A stretch of DNA of 64,000 bases from Nitrospira japonica (GCA_020725385.1 DYFC01000006.1:3737-67736), one strand, 5' to 3'. Shown: positions 19,614 to 29,493, counted from the stretch's first letter. The notes: a model not told the origin generated them from the sequence alone. Program-made: numbers and translations.

Positions 19614-20371
19614 GGTCTTATATTGAAAAGAAAATACTAAGATACAAAGAAGGTTCATTAATAGAAATTAGTGATGCTATAGCTGCTGAGAAAAAATTAC
19701 AGATAGTAATTAATGGTAAAGAAATTGTCAGTTTAGTTTGCACACCTTTACAAATCAGAGAACTTGTAATAGGTTTTTTACTTACCGAAGGAATTCTCAA
19801 AGGTCATTTTTGCGCTGATTCTCTCTTAATTAAAGATAATGACGAAATAACTGTAGGCATTACACTTGATGGAGAAATTGAAGAATGTCAGATGACAATA
19901 ACATCAGGTTGTGTAGGAGGAATTACATTTTCTGCAAAAAAAGAATTAAGCAAAATCTCTGATAAATTTGTTTTAAATGCTGGAACATTAAAGAAGTTGT
20001 TTATAGAGTTTAACCAAAAGTCAGAACTTTTTAGAATGACAGGTTGTGTCCATAGTGCTGCGATTGCTGATAAAGATGGAATAATTTCTTTCTCTGAAGA
20101 TGTTGGAAGACACAACGCAGTTGATAAAATCATAGGCTATTGCATAATTGAAAATATACCTTTTACAGAAAAAATATTACTTGCAAGCGGCAGGCTTTCA
20201 TCAGAAATTGTAACAAAAGCAGGAAAGTGGGGAATACCTATTATAGCAAGCAGGACTTCGCCAACCAGTCGTGCAGTTGAAATCGCTGAAAATGCAGGAA
20301 TTACACTCATTGGTTTTGTAAGAGGAGACAGATTCAATATTTATACAAACAGCCATCGCATAACTATATGA
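19610..20371 (+). CDS. fdhD: FdhD sulfurtransferase (formate dehydrogenase accessory protein)
   Basis: GRHNAVDK motif and typical length. ATGA overlap with the malic enzyme gene. Confidence 0.8.
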   Translation: MRSYIEKKILRYKEGSLIEISDAIAAEKKLQIVINGKEIVSLVCTPLQIRELVIGFLLTEGILKGHFCADSLLIKDNDEITVGITLDGEIEECQMTITSGCVGGITFSAKKELSKISDKFVLNAGTLKKLFIEFNQKSELFRMTGCVHSAAIADKDGIISFSEDVGRHNAVDKIIGYCIIENIPFTEKILLASGRLSSEIVTKAGKWGIPIIASRTSPTSRAVEIAENAGITLIGFVRGDRFNIYTNSHRITI

Positions 20372-20391
20372 GCAAAGAGCTAAGAGCAAAG
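20371..20391. repeat. Purine-rich dispersed motif, copy 1 (AGCAAAGAGCTAAGAGCAAAG)
   Basis: Similar AGCAAA...AGAGCAAA strings occur in two other intergenic spacers (49359, 59186). Confidence 0.5.
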
Positions 20392-20455
20392 ATTGTACAA
20401 CATAGAAAGGTATTTTAAGAGTAAAATAAGGTATATAAGATTAGCTGGAGGGAAT

Positions 20456-20671
20456 ATGGGTACTGTTACGAAAGAAAAAAAGGTTGCTGATATGACTGTG
20501 GGAGAACTTCAGGAAATTATTAGAAAAACAATTAGTGAATTTCTGGATCCTGATTATGGACTTGAATTAAGACCCGAAATAGAAAAGGAACTCGAGGAGT
20601 CCTTAAAACAAAAAGAACGTGCTGAAGGAATTCCACTTGAAAAAGTAATAAAAGAATTAGGGCTTAAATAG
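20456..20671 (+). CDS. Type II antitoxin (small acidic protein preceding relE/parE)
   Basis: 71 aa from the ATG at 20456, after a GGAGGG SD. Its stop overlaps the toxin GTG (ATAGTG). Confidence 0.6.
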   Translation: MGTVTKEKKVADMTVGELQEIIRKTISEFLDPDYGLELRPEIEKELEESLKQKERAEGIPLEKVIKELGLK

Positions 20672-20928
20672 TGTTTCGGGTTATCATACTTCCTAAAGCC
20701 TTTAATGATCTTTCAAAGCTTGATAAATCTATATCTAAGCGTATTATAGAAAAAATTATATGGCTATCTGAGAATGCTGAAAACATTACTCATTTTTCTC
20801 TTAAAGGTAGATTTAATGAACTGTTTAAGTTACGAATAGGTGATTGGCGGGTTATTTATGATTTAGATTACGAACAAAGGATAATGACAGTACATAAAGT
20901 CGGACACAGAAGCGAGATTTATAAATAA
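20671..20928 (+). CDS. RelE/ParE-family type II toxin
   Basis: 85 aa. LRIGDWRVIY...V..VGHRSEIY is the classic RelE/StbE C-terminal pattern. Confidence 0.8.
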   Translation: MFRVIILPKAFNDLSKLDKSISKRIIEKIIWLSENAENITHFSLKGRFNELFKLRIGDWRVIYDLDYEQRIMTVHKVGHRSEIYK

Positions 20929-20983
20929 AATAGAATTAAAACCAAATTCATCTGTAATAACACTATTTATGATATAATTTTTT

Positions 20984-22513
20984 ATGAGCATAGTTAAAGA
21001 AATTCCTTATATAAGCCCTGAAGATTTGCCAAAAGTGCCATTTGTAATAAACGGCATTTCATCAAGATTTATCCGTGAAAATAAGATTGTACCTCTTGAA
21101 ATGAAAAATAATGTCTTAAAAGTCGTAATGGCAAATCCAGATGATTCATCTGTAATTGATGCGCTAAGGGTAGCAACATCTTCTGATATTGTAGTTTATA
21201 CTTCGGACAAGAATCTTCTTGAGGAATATATTTCCCGTTTCTATGAGCAGGAATCACAAAACATAAACAGAATTATTGAAGATCTTGGAGACAGGGGGAT
21301 AGAATTTCTTAAAGACGAAGAGGAAGATATTGGCCATCTAAAAGACCTTGCATCAGAAGCTCCGATAATCCGTCTTGTTAATATGCTCATATCAAGAGCA
21401 GTTGAAAGCAGGGCGAGTGATATTCATATAGAGCCTTTTGAAGATGAACTAAAAGTTCGTTATCGAATAGACGGAGTCCTACATGATATAGAATCAACTC
21501 CTAAGAGATTGCAGGCTGCTATTGTTTCAAGAATTAAAATTATGGCAAAACTTAATATCGCAGAAAGAAGGCTGCCGCAGGATGGACGCATAAGACTTAA
21601 AATAGGCGATAAAGAGCTTGATTTAAGAGTTTCAACAATTCCTGTGTTATATGGTGAAAGTGTTGTTATGAGACTTCTGCATAAAGAAGGCATTGTTATA
21701 GACCTTAACCTTCTTGGATTTCCCGGGCATACACTTAATTTATTTAACCAATTAATTCAAAAACCAAATGGAATAATTCTCGTAACAGGACCAACAGGAA
21801 GTGGAAAAACCACAACGCTTTATGGCGCTCTTGATAAAATTAATTCACCTGATAAAAAGATTATAACGGTTGAAGACCCTGTTGAGTATCAATTGAAAGG
21901 TGTAAATCAAATTCAGGTAAAACCTCAAATAGGTTTGAATTTCGCAAATACTTTAAGGCATATTGTCAGGCAGGACCCTGATATTATTATGATAGGTGAA
22001 ATCAGAGACCTTGAGACAGCAGAAATTGCTATTCAATCAGCCTTGACAGGTCATTTAGTATTTTCAACCTTACATACAAATGACGCTCCAAGCGCTATTA
22101 CAAGATTACTCGATATGGGGGTTGAGAATTTTTTACTATCATCTACCATAAGGGGAATACTCGCACAAAGACTTGTCAGGGTAATATGCCCTTCATGTAA
22201 AGAACCCGACCAAACTGTGCCTGACAGAGAGCAGTTGAGTCTTTTCGGGATTGATACTTCTATTACTATATATCATGGCAAAGGTTGCGAGAAATGTGCA
22301 TTTACAGGATATTACGGCAGATCCGGGATATTTGAATTGCTTGTTGTTGATGATGATATTCGGAAGCTGATCTTAAAAAATGCTGATTCAAATCAAATAA
22401 GAGATGCGGCAAGAAAGAATGGAATGAAAACTCTTCTTGAAGATGGCGGAGATAAAATAAAAGCAGGAGTTACAACAATCAGTGAAGTCCTCAGAGTTAC
22501 CCAGGAAGCCTAA
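20984..22513 (+). CDS. GspE/PilB-family secretion ATPase (orphan)
   Basis: T2SSE_N domain, Walker A GPTGSGKTTT, Asp box VEDPVE, Walker B IIMIGEIRD, His box FSTLHTN, tetra-Cys CPSC...CEKC. Confidence 0.85.
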   Translation: MSIVKEIPYISPEDLPKVPFVINGISSRFIRENKIVPLEMKNNVLKVVMANPDDSSVIDALRVATSSDIVVYTSDKNLLEEYISRFYEQESQNINRIIEDLGDRGIEFLKDEEEDIGHLKDLASEAPIIRLVNMLISRAVESRASDIHIEPFEDELKVRYRIDGVLHDIESTPKRLQAAIVSRIKIMAKLNIAERRLPQDGRIRLKIGDKELDLRVSTIPVLYGESVVMRLLHKEGIVIDLNLLGFPGHTLNLFNQLIQKPNGIILVTGPTGSGKTTTLYGALDKINSPDKKIITVEDPVEYQLKGVNQIQVKPQIGLNFANTLRHIVRQDPDIIMIGEIRDLETAEIAIQSALTGHLVFSTLHTNDAPSAITRLLDMGVENFLLSSTIRGILAQRLVRVICPSCKEPDQTVPDREQLSLFGIDTSITIYHGKGCEKCAFTGYYGRSGIFELLVVDDDIRKLILKNADSNQIRDAARKNGMKTLLEDGGDKIKAGVTTISEVLRVTQEA

Positions 22514-22529
22514 CCAGAATTAACATTCA

Positions 22530-24269
22530 TTATTCTTGAACAAGGCTCATAATTCGGCGTGAGTATTCTTGTGTAAGGCTATTAAGAAATACAGCATCTA
22601 TTGGTCCTTTTGAAGTAATTATTTCAAAAAAACGTTTGGGAATCTTTATATTTTCAGGGTCATAACCTGTAGAAATTCTGGTTTTCCATCTAAGTTTTTG
22701 TATTTCTACCGATATTTTTTCGATATTGTCAGCGATATTTTTATAACCTATTACACTTAAACAATCTTTAAGAAGCTCGTTTGTATAAACATTCCTTGCG
22801 AAAAGACATGAAACCATTGAAGTAAGAAAAACTCTTGCTTTTTCATCATTCAATAAAAATTCAATAGCCTTTTCTATGTTTTTATCATTGTGCTTGAGGT
22901 CATATGAATATCCTGCTGAGTCAAGATGGGAATGTCTCAAGCCCAATGCCTGAGAAGTAAAAAATACTTCTCCTGTTGCATAACCTGCCATTTCCTGTCC
23001 GAGCACACACGCAAAATCTTCACCTTTATACTTTAAAGCCGCATTCATAGTACCTTGTGAAAGAGTTTTGTAGAAATCATTTGCGCCTGTTGCAAGATAA
23101 AACATGGCTTCTTTATAAGATTGTGCATTCCCAAAAGAAAGAGGGATAATTGTTTCTTTTACAGTAATAATCCCTTTTTCAAAGGCCTCTGTAGCCCATG
23201 CAAGAGCAACTCCTGAAGACATTATGTCCAGTCCCATCTTTTCGGCAGCATCTATTATTGAAAGAACAGAAAAACAATTTTTAACGCCGAGCATCGAACC
23301 TGAAGCAAAAACAGGTTCATGGTCATATGATACCTGACGGTAAAGATATTGATTCTCTTCCATAAATTTTTCCCTTACAAATCCTATGTGAATGCAACCA
23401 ACCGGACATCCAGCACAGGCTGCATTACGTAGTAATGCATCATTTGCAAATGTTTCACCTGTGATGCCTTTTATTTCAGAATCGCTTGTATTTTGTAAAT
23501 TCTTACATGGCAAGCTTTTGAATTCATTCAATACAGCAACATTCTCGGTAGTCCCGAGATTGTGGTATTTACTCATCATTTCTGTAGTTGTAAGTTGTTT
23601 AAAAACATCATGAAACAGTTTCGGATAATCCTTATTCTCTACAAGTGAAAAATTACCATCGCCCTGTATAACAATAGCCTTGAGATTTTTTGAGCCCATC
23701 ACCGCACCGCTCCCGAGTCTTCCAAAATGCCTGTATGTATCAACGTTTATACAAGCCATAGGAGAGAGGTTCTCCCCGGCAGGTCCGATTCTCAATATAC
23801 TCCTGTGGCCGGAACCTCTAAACATATTCCTCAGAATTTTACCGGTAACTTGAACATCCATACCCCAAAGATAATGCACTTCTCTCAATTCAAGATTTCT
23901 CGACCCTATAAAAAGGCAGGAAGGTCTATTTGCTTTTCCGGTGATTACAATCCCGTCAATATCAGCAAAACGCATACATAGAGCAGAGCGTCCTCCTCCA
24001 TGGCTTTCAGCATATTGATTATGATAAGGAGATTTGAAAGCACAAACAGTCTTACTCATCAAAGGGAAATAGCCTGTCAGAGGGCCAATCGTAAAAATGA
24101 TTGATTGTTCCGGGCTATCCCAATTATCTTTTATATTGCAGTATTTATTAAACAACAAAGCAGCAAGTCCGCTCCCTCCTGCCACTTCTTCTCTACCATC
24201 GACTTTTATAAAAGTCCCTTTTCTCAATGTTAAATCATATAAAAGTACTTTGAAATAATTCCTTATCAT
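22530..24269 (-). CDS. Aldehyde:ferredoxin oxidoreductase family (tungstopterin) enzyme
   Basis: 579 aa. AOR N-domain (GGSGLAALLF, GPLTG), Fe-S ligands CAGCPVGC. Coupled to a ferredoxin gene. Confidence 0.8.
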   Translation of the reverse strand: MIRNYFKVLLYDLTLRKGTFIKVDGREEVAGGSGLAALLFNKYCNIKDNWDSPEQSIIFTIGPLTGYFPLMSKTVCAFKSPYHNQYAESHGGGRSALCMRFADIDGIVITGKANRPSCLFIGSRNLELREVHYLWGMDVQVTGKILRNMFRGSGHRSILRIGPAGENLSPMACINVDTYRHFGRLGSGAVMGSKNLKAIVIQGDGNFSLVENKDYPKLFHDVFKQLTTTEMMSKYHNLGTTENVAVLNEFKSLPCKNLQNTSDSEIKGITGETFANDALLRNAACAGCPVGCIHIGFVREKFMEENQYLYRQVSYDHEPVFASGSMLGVKNCFSVLSIIDAAEKMGLDIMSSGVALAWATEAFEKGIITVKETIIPLSFGNAQSYKEAMFYLATGANDFYKTLSQGTMNAALKYKGEDFACVLGQEMAGYATGEVFFTSQALGLRHSHLDSAGYSYDLKHNDKNIEKAIEFLLNDEKARVFLTSMVSCLFARNVYTNELLKDCLSVIGYKNIADNIEKISVEIQKLRWKTRISTGYDPENIKIPKRFFEIITSKGPIDAVFLNSLTQEYSRRIMSLVQE

Positions 24270-24706
24270 TTTTGGTTCTCTGTTAAATTTTCATTATTAT
24301 CTGAAGCTACAATTTCCTTCATTTCAAGGCAATTATGAGGGCAAAAATTAACACACCTGCCACAATGTATGCATACAAAAGGCTCTCCGGATGGGTCAAG
24401 ATATATTGCATCTACTGGACAAGCCTTTGCACATTCTCCACAAAGAATGCAAAGACTTTTTCTCACAATAACTCCACCGCCTTTTCTTTGTGAATAGGCA
24501 CCTGTTGGACAGGCTAATACGCAAGGAGCCGGATTACATGCGAGACAATTTTTTGCTTCGAATCCTGTTGAAAGCCCGCCTGATGAAGCGATTCTGATAC
24601 CTGCGGTATCCCATGAAAGCTTTCTATGTACAAGTCTTGCACAGGCAAGAGAGCAAGAATGACAACCTATGCATCTTTCCATTCTGGGGGCAATTAATAT
24701 TTTCAT
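24266..24706 (-). CDS. 4Fe-4S cluster ferredoxin
   Basis: CIGCHSCSLAC, CILCGECAKACP, CIHCGRCVNFCP. Confidence 0.85.
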   Translation of the reverse strand: MKILIAPRMERCIGCHSCSLACARLVHRKLSWDTAGIRIASSGGLSTGFEAKNCLACNPAPCVLACPTGAYSQRKGGGVIVRKSLCILCGECAKACPVDAIYLDPSGEPFVCIHCGRCVNFCPHNCLEMKEIVASDNNENLTENQK

Positions 24707-24735
24707 AAATTTCTAAATTAAGATCGGGTTGAAAA

Positions 24736-25020
24736 TCAATTCATTGAAGGTTTGCCGGGAGATAATTTTTGTATCAGAGGCAAAATATCAGTCAAAAGGT
24801 TATTAGTAATTTCACACTGGATTCTTGAAGCATTTTCAAGATTCTTTATCCCCTGTTTCAACCTTTCAATGCTTTTATTAAGGCTATCAATAGAATTAAT
24901 TGCCTTCTCGGTATTTTTATTTATCATTTCTTTACGTTTAAGACATTCCTGAATCAGAGACTGATGCTTCTGTCTTTCTTCAGGTGTTAAGTTTGCGATA
25001 AAATCCTCAAGGTTATTCAT
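24736..25020 (-). CDS. Hypothetical coiled-coil protein (first gene of the AOR operon)
   Basis: 94-aa ORF in line with the ferredoxin/AOR genes; no recognisable motif. Confidence 0.4.
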   Translation of the reverse strand: MNNLEDFIANLTPEERQKHQSLIQECLKRKEMINKNTEKAINSIDSLNKSIERLKQGIKNLENASRIQCEITNNLLTDILPLIQKLSPGKPSMN

Positions 25021-25104
25021 ATCATACCTTAAAATGTTAACAGTTATTTATTTTGATAATATATAATTATGATTATTATTAATTAATATTTCAATACATT
25101 TTTT

Positions 25105-25926
25105 ATGGAATGGAATAAAATATCAGTAAAAGTACCATATACATTACTTGAGCAGACTTACAATTTTTTGTGGCAATATATAAATGGTATCTCTGTTGAA
25201 AGAATTGATAATAATTTCAAAATAGATAGTTATGTTGTCCCCTCTCGGTCACGGGACATAACAAGGAGACTAAAGAGGTTTTTACAGATTCTGGCTAAGA
25301 CTTATCAATCAAAATTCACACTTCCGGAAATAATAGAGAAATTTGAGAAATGCTGCAATTTTATTGCAATCCCCTACCCTAATGCCTATATTCCGGATTT
25401 CGGGATTCCTATTTTTATTCAACGTGGCAGGGCATTTGGAATAGGGAGCCATCCATGCACGTTGTATTGTTTAAATGCTTTAATGGATTTGTATCTTACA
25501 AGAAAATATTCTTTGCCCTTAAAAACACTTGACGCCGGTACAGGAACAGGAATCTTATCTATTGCAGCAGTACGTTTGGGGATAAGACAAATCACTGCTG
25601 TTGAAATCAGTCCCGAATCTGTTATGGAAGCTCATGAAAATTTTGTTATCAATGAAGTACAAGACTTTATAAATCTACAGCAAGGCTCTGTTACTGAAAT
25701 TTCAGATAAATTTGATTTGATTCTTGCAAACCTTTTTGGAGATTTGCTCATGCAAATTGCACCCATGATTGTTAATAATCTCTCAGAAAATGGTTTACTT
25801 ATCGCAGGTGGTATGGCAGTATCCCAAAGTAAGAAAGTTATTTCAGTTTTTGAGAATCTCGGATTAACTGAAAAAAAACACTATGAAGATGAAAACTGGT
25901 GTGTTTCTGTATTAAAAAGACTTTAA
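25105..25926 (+). CDS. prmA: Ribosomal protein L11 methyltransferase
   Basis: SAM motif LDAGTGTGILSIAA, GSHPCT, PrmA length. Confidence 0.8.
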   Translation: MEWNKISVKVPYTLLEQTYNFLWQYINGISVERIDNNFKIDSYVVPSRSRDITRRLKRFLQILAKTYQSKFTLPEIIEKFEKCCNFIAIPYPNAYIPDFGIPIFIQRGRAFGIGSHPCTLYCLNALMDLYLTRKYSLPLKTLDAGTGTGILSIAAVRLGIRQITAVEISPESVMEAHENFVINEVQDFINLQQGSVTEISDKFDLILANLFGDLLMQIAPMIVNNLSENGLLIAGGMAVSQSKKVISVFENLGLTEKKHYEDENWCVSVLKRL

Positions 25927-25991
25927 CTGTTTAGTTCAAATTATTTTTTGATGATGATTATTCTTTTTAGAATCTGATAAAATAATGGGTT

Positions 25992-26648
25992 ATGATTGAT
26001 CTGCATACTCACAGTTTTTTTAGTGATGGAGAACTTATTCCATCCGAGCTTATCAGAAGAGCCGAAGCGATCGGATACCAGGCTATTGCTATTACAGATC
26101 ATATCGACGCTTCAAATATTGATTCCGTCATTCCAAAAATTGTCCAGGCCATTAATAAAATAAAGGATTATATCTCGATATATGCTATTCCTGGAGCTGA
26201 AATTACTCATGCTCCTCCGCAAACTATACCTGAACTTGTAAAAGAAGCGCGCCGTCTCGGAGCAAAAATTGTAGTTGTTCATGGAGAAACCATTGTCGAG
26301 CCTGTTACACAGGGTACCAATCGTGCAGCAATAGAAGCCGGGGCCGATATACTTGCACATCCCGGTTTAATAACCGAGGATGATTTGCTTTTTGCAAAAG
26401 AAAAAGACATTGTCCTTGAAATAACTTCCAGGAAAGGACATTCCCTTACAAATGGGCATGTAGCTAAAGAAGCTCTTAGACTTGGCGTAAGATTATGTAT
26501 AAATACAGATTCACATAGTCCGTCAGATCTTATTACAAAAACTTTTGCTATTAGAGTGCTTTCAGGCGCAGGCATAGAAGATAGTTTGATTAGTTCAATA
26601 TTCGAAAACTCAAAATTACTTATAGAAAAAACTCTCAGGAGGAATTAA
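25992..26648 (+). CDS. PHP-family phosphoesterase (histidinol-phosphatase-like)
   Basis: IDLHTHSFFSDG N-terminus; HGE and DSH metal ligands. Confidence 0.75.
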   Translation: MIDLHTHSFFSDGELIPSELIRRAEAIGYQAIAITDHIDASNIDSVIPKIVQAINKIKDYISIYAIPGAEITHAPPQTIPELVKEARRLGAKIVVVHGETIVEPVTQGTNRAAIEAGADILAHPGLITEDDLLFAKEKDIVLEITSRKGHSLTNGHVAKEALRLGVRLCINTDSHSPSDLITKTFAIRVLSGAGIEDSLISSIFENSKLLIEKTLRRN

Positions 26649-27349
26649 TGCCAAAAGTAATCAAAAAAAGGATCCCTAAAAGAACCGAAATAGAGACCGA
26701 AGAACAGGTAAAAGAACGACTTGAAAATCTCAAGGAAAAATTAGCCGAAAGACAACGAAATTTAATAAAATATGGGACAATTATTCTTATACTAATCATC
26801 GCAGTAGCAGGTTTTTTTATTTATTCCAGAACAATTTCTCAAAAAGCTAAAAACCTCGAATATCAGGCATATAAAACACTTTATGGTCCTATTCTGCCGG
26901 GAGCAAACAAACAGGATAATATCTCTAAGGCTCTTGATTTATTCAAAAAATCGTATGATACAAAAAAATCTCCTTCTTCTTTATATTATTCTGCAATTTG
27001 CTATTATAAACTCGAAAAATATGAAGATTCTATTAATGCTTTAAAAAATTTCATATCTAAATATCCGGATGATTCTATTTATACACCACTTGCTTATCAG
27101 ACACTTGCGTCTGCATATATTTCAAAAGGGGATTTAAATGAAGCAAAGAAAACACTTAATACTTTATATAACTTAAAAGGTAATCTTTTTAAAGATTTTG
27201 CTCTAATGCAGACTGCTCTTATCCTTGAAAAAGAAGGTAAACATGATGAAGCAAAAAAACAATACGAAGAACTCACCAAAAAATTCCCTGATTCACCACT
27301 AAAAGCCGAAGCAGCAGCAAAAATTTCTGACAAAAAAGAGATTAGATAG
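26648..27349 (+). CDS. Membrane-anchored TPR protein (YfgM-like)
   Basis: Basic N-terminus, one TM helix, TPR repeats. Confidence 0.6.
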   Translation: MPKVIKKRIPKRTEIETEEQVKERLENLKEKLAERQRNLIKYGTIILILIIAVAGFFIYSRTISQKAKNLEYQAYKTLYGPILPGANKQDNISKALDLFKKSYDTKKSPSSLYYSAICYYKLEKYEDSINALKNFISKYPDDSIYTPLAYQTLASAYISKGDLNEAKKTLNTLYNLKGNLFKDFALMQTALILEKEGKHDEAKKQYEELTKKFPDSPLKAEAAAKISDKKEIR

Positions 27350-29201
27350 GGTCTGTTTTCCCTTTTTTTGTTTTGTAACGGTTGTAGAAAAGCGGTATCA
27401 AAGATACCAGAATAACAAGTCCAAGACCGATTATGAACGCCGGGGATACTTTTCCTCTAACTAATTCGAGCAACGAGCTTGAAAAAACAATAAATGCTAT
27501 ACAGGCAGGTAACATGCAAAAAAAAGTCGTTACAGCATAATGCAGGAATTTTATTTTTGTGAGTCCGAAAGCATAGTTCAGAAGATTGAAGGGGAAAAGG
27601 GGTATCAAACGGGTAAAAGCAACAATCTTCCAGCCATGTTTTTCAACTCCTTTATCAAGTCTCCTCCATCGCGGGCTCTTCAATTTTCTTTCAATCCAAT
27701 CTCTTGCGATATAACGGGAAATAAGAAATGCAAGACATGCTCCTGCAGTAGCACTGCTGATAGTATATAAGACACCCCAGAAAGGGCCAAAAAGAATTCC
27801 ACCAACAATCGTGATGGGAACCCCGGGTAAAAAAAGTGAAGGAGCAATGGTGTATATCAGCATGTATATTAATGGTGCTAAAGCTCCATAGCCTTGAATT
27901 AGTTCTCTAAGTGAATCCTGTTCAAGATAATGTGTTGCTCCTGTATAACGCACAGCAAGAATGGCTGTGATAATAACCCCGAGAAAAAGGAACCGGTTAA
28001 GAGTTCCTCCTTTTGTTTTCTCCTGAATGGAAAAAGTTCGTTCACGGGTTGTTCTCCCTTGCGATGTCTTTTTAAGTATCTTTTTCAGTTTTAACCGGTT
28101 TATGTATGTAAAAGGTGCTTTTGCAACCCTCACAGTTCCTGCCATCGTAGCCGAGGGTTGAAATAAAAGATCAAGGACATGACTTGTAGGGGTTAAGGAA
28201 TCTAAAAAATTGGCACAACCGGCGCAGTAGGTAATAATTCTTTTTTCTTCTGCTTCCTTTTTTCTTTGTAGCCCCCATTTCTTTGCAAGGTCAGGTGCTA
28301 TAAATCCAACAGACCCTCCTTCACCACAACAAAGAGTTTTTTTACCACTATGCACCATTTCCTCAACTGTAAGTCCCTTTGCAGAAACTAAATCGCGTAC
28401 AGCGGTATGCACCGATTCATCAAATCTCAATGCACAGGGATCGTGGATTGTTACAACACCACAAACCTGTTCTGTATCGGGCAATCCGTTTTGAACCATG
28501 AATTCATAAACGCTACTGACAGAAATACCATCACCGTATTTCTTAAAGACTTTGTAACAGTTCGGACATGCTACCACAACATTTTTCACACCATTATTTA
28601 TTAAATATTCTTTCATTTCCTGAAACATTCCTTTAAAATACCCGTCCCTGCCAAGATCGTGAGAAGGTTTTGTGCAGCAATCAAGAACGATTCCTAATGA
28701 GGGTATTTTTCTTTTCATATGCTCATAAAGTTTTTGAACCTTGTCCGGTCTGGTTCCGGAAAGTGTACACCCGGGGAAAAAGACCGAGTCACAATCACGC
28801 GGTATGGAATAGAATGAATATTTTTGAGAAGTTCCGCGCTTCTCATAGTTCAAAATTGTATTATATTCCGGATAATCGCCGTTACCCCTCCGGACAGTTT
28901 CACGTCGCATCTCAAGAAACATAGAGGCCGGGTTAATCTTTACTGGACAGACAGCAGCACAAAGCTGGCAGAGACTACACTCAAATGGCATCCCCTGAAA
29001 AAGATTATCAGAGGGGTTATAAGAATCTGCAATATCTTTCGGTTTGCCATATTTTCTAAGAAATTCGCATTCTTTTTGACAGAGTTTGCATTTGATACAT
29101 TCTTCAGATATAATGGCAAGCTGTTCTTTAAGAGCAGGTAGCATATCAAGTGTTGAAGGATCTTTTACTTTAAGCTTTTTTTCTTCAAGAGTATTTTGCA
29201 T
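27342..29201 (-). CDS. Fusion: HdrD/GlpC-like Fe-S + 2x CCG domain oxidoreductase with a C-terminal TVP38/TMEM64 (DedA-superfamily) membrane domain
   Basis: CIKCKLCQKECEF and CSLCQLCAAVCP; CCG motifs (FFPGCT, LDCCTKP, HDPCAL, LCCGEGG). Then TM helices with VPITIVGGILFGPFWGVLYTISSATAGACLAFLISRYI. Confidence 0.75.
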   Translation of the reverse strand: MQNTLEEKKLKVKDPSTLDMLPALKEQLAIISEECIKCKLCQKECEFLRKYGKPKDIADSYNPSDNLFQGMPFECSLCQLCAAVCPVKINPASMFLEMRRETVRRGNGDYPEYNTILNYEKRGTSQKYSFYSIPRDCDSVFFPGCTLSGTRPDKVQKLYEHMKRKIPSLGIVLDCCTKPSHDLGRDGYFKGMFQEMKEYLINNGVKNVVVACPNCYKVFKKYGDGISVSSVYEFMVQNGLPDTEQVCGVVTIHDPCALRFDESVHTAVRDLVSAKGLTVEEMVHSGKKTLCCGEGGSVGFIAPDLAKKWGLQRKKEAEEKRIITYCAGCANFLDSLTPTSHVLDLLFQPSATMAGTVRVAKAPFTYINRLKLKKILKKTSQGRTTRERTFSIQEKTKGGTLNRFLFLGVIITAILAVRYTGATHYLEQDSLRELIQGYGALAPLIYMLIYTIAPSLFLPGVPITIVGGILFGPFWGVLYTISSATAGACLAFLISRYIARDWIERKLKSPRWRRLDKGVEKHGWKIVAFTRLIPLFPFNLLNYAFGLTKIKFLHYAVTTFFCMLPACIAFIVFSSSLLELVRGKVSPAFIIGLGLVILVSLIPLFYNRYKTKKGKTDPI

Positions 29202-29469
29202 CGTTTAAACTATTTCACAGAAAAAAATTTCTACAGCCAAATCCAGTTAACAGAAACGTAGAATAAATTTCTGTTGAAAAATGTCTGCTTTTTTTAATTA
29301 AGATATGATAGTTGTTTTCGTAATATTTATAATTTACCTTCTAAAAAATACTCTTATCCAATTTTTTATTTCGATTAATATAAATGTAATCATAGTAATA
29401 ATCTATTGTATATCCGTACAAGATCGAAACCGTAACTTTTTAAATAAATTTTTAAGCAAGGGGCATTAT

Positions 29470-29493
29470 TTTGGATTAATATTTGGATTAATA
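29470..29493. repeat. Perfect 12-bp tandem direct repeat (TTTGGATTAATA x2)
   Basis: Read directly. It lies in the AT-rich spacer between the mltD-like 3' end and the Fe-S/TVP38 gene 5' region. Confidence 0.7.
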
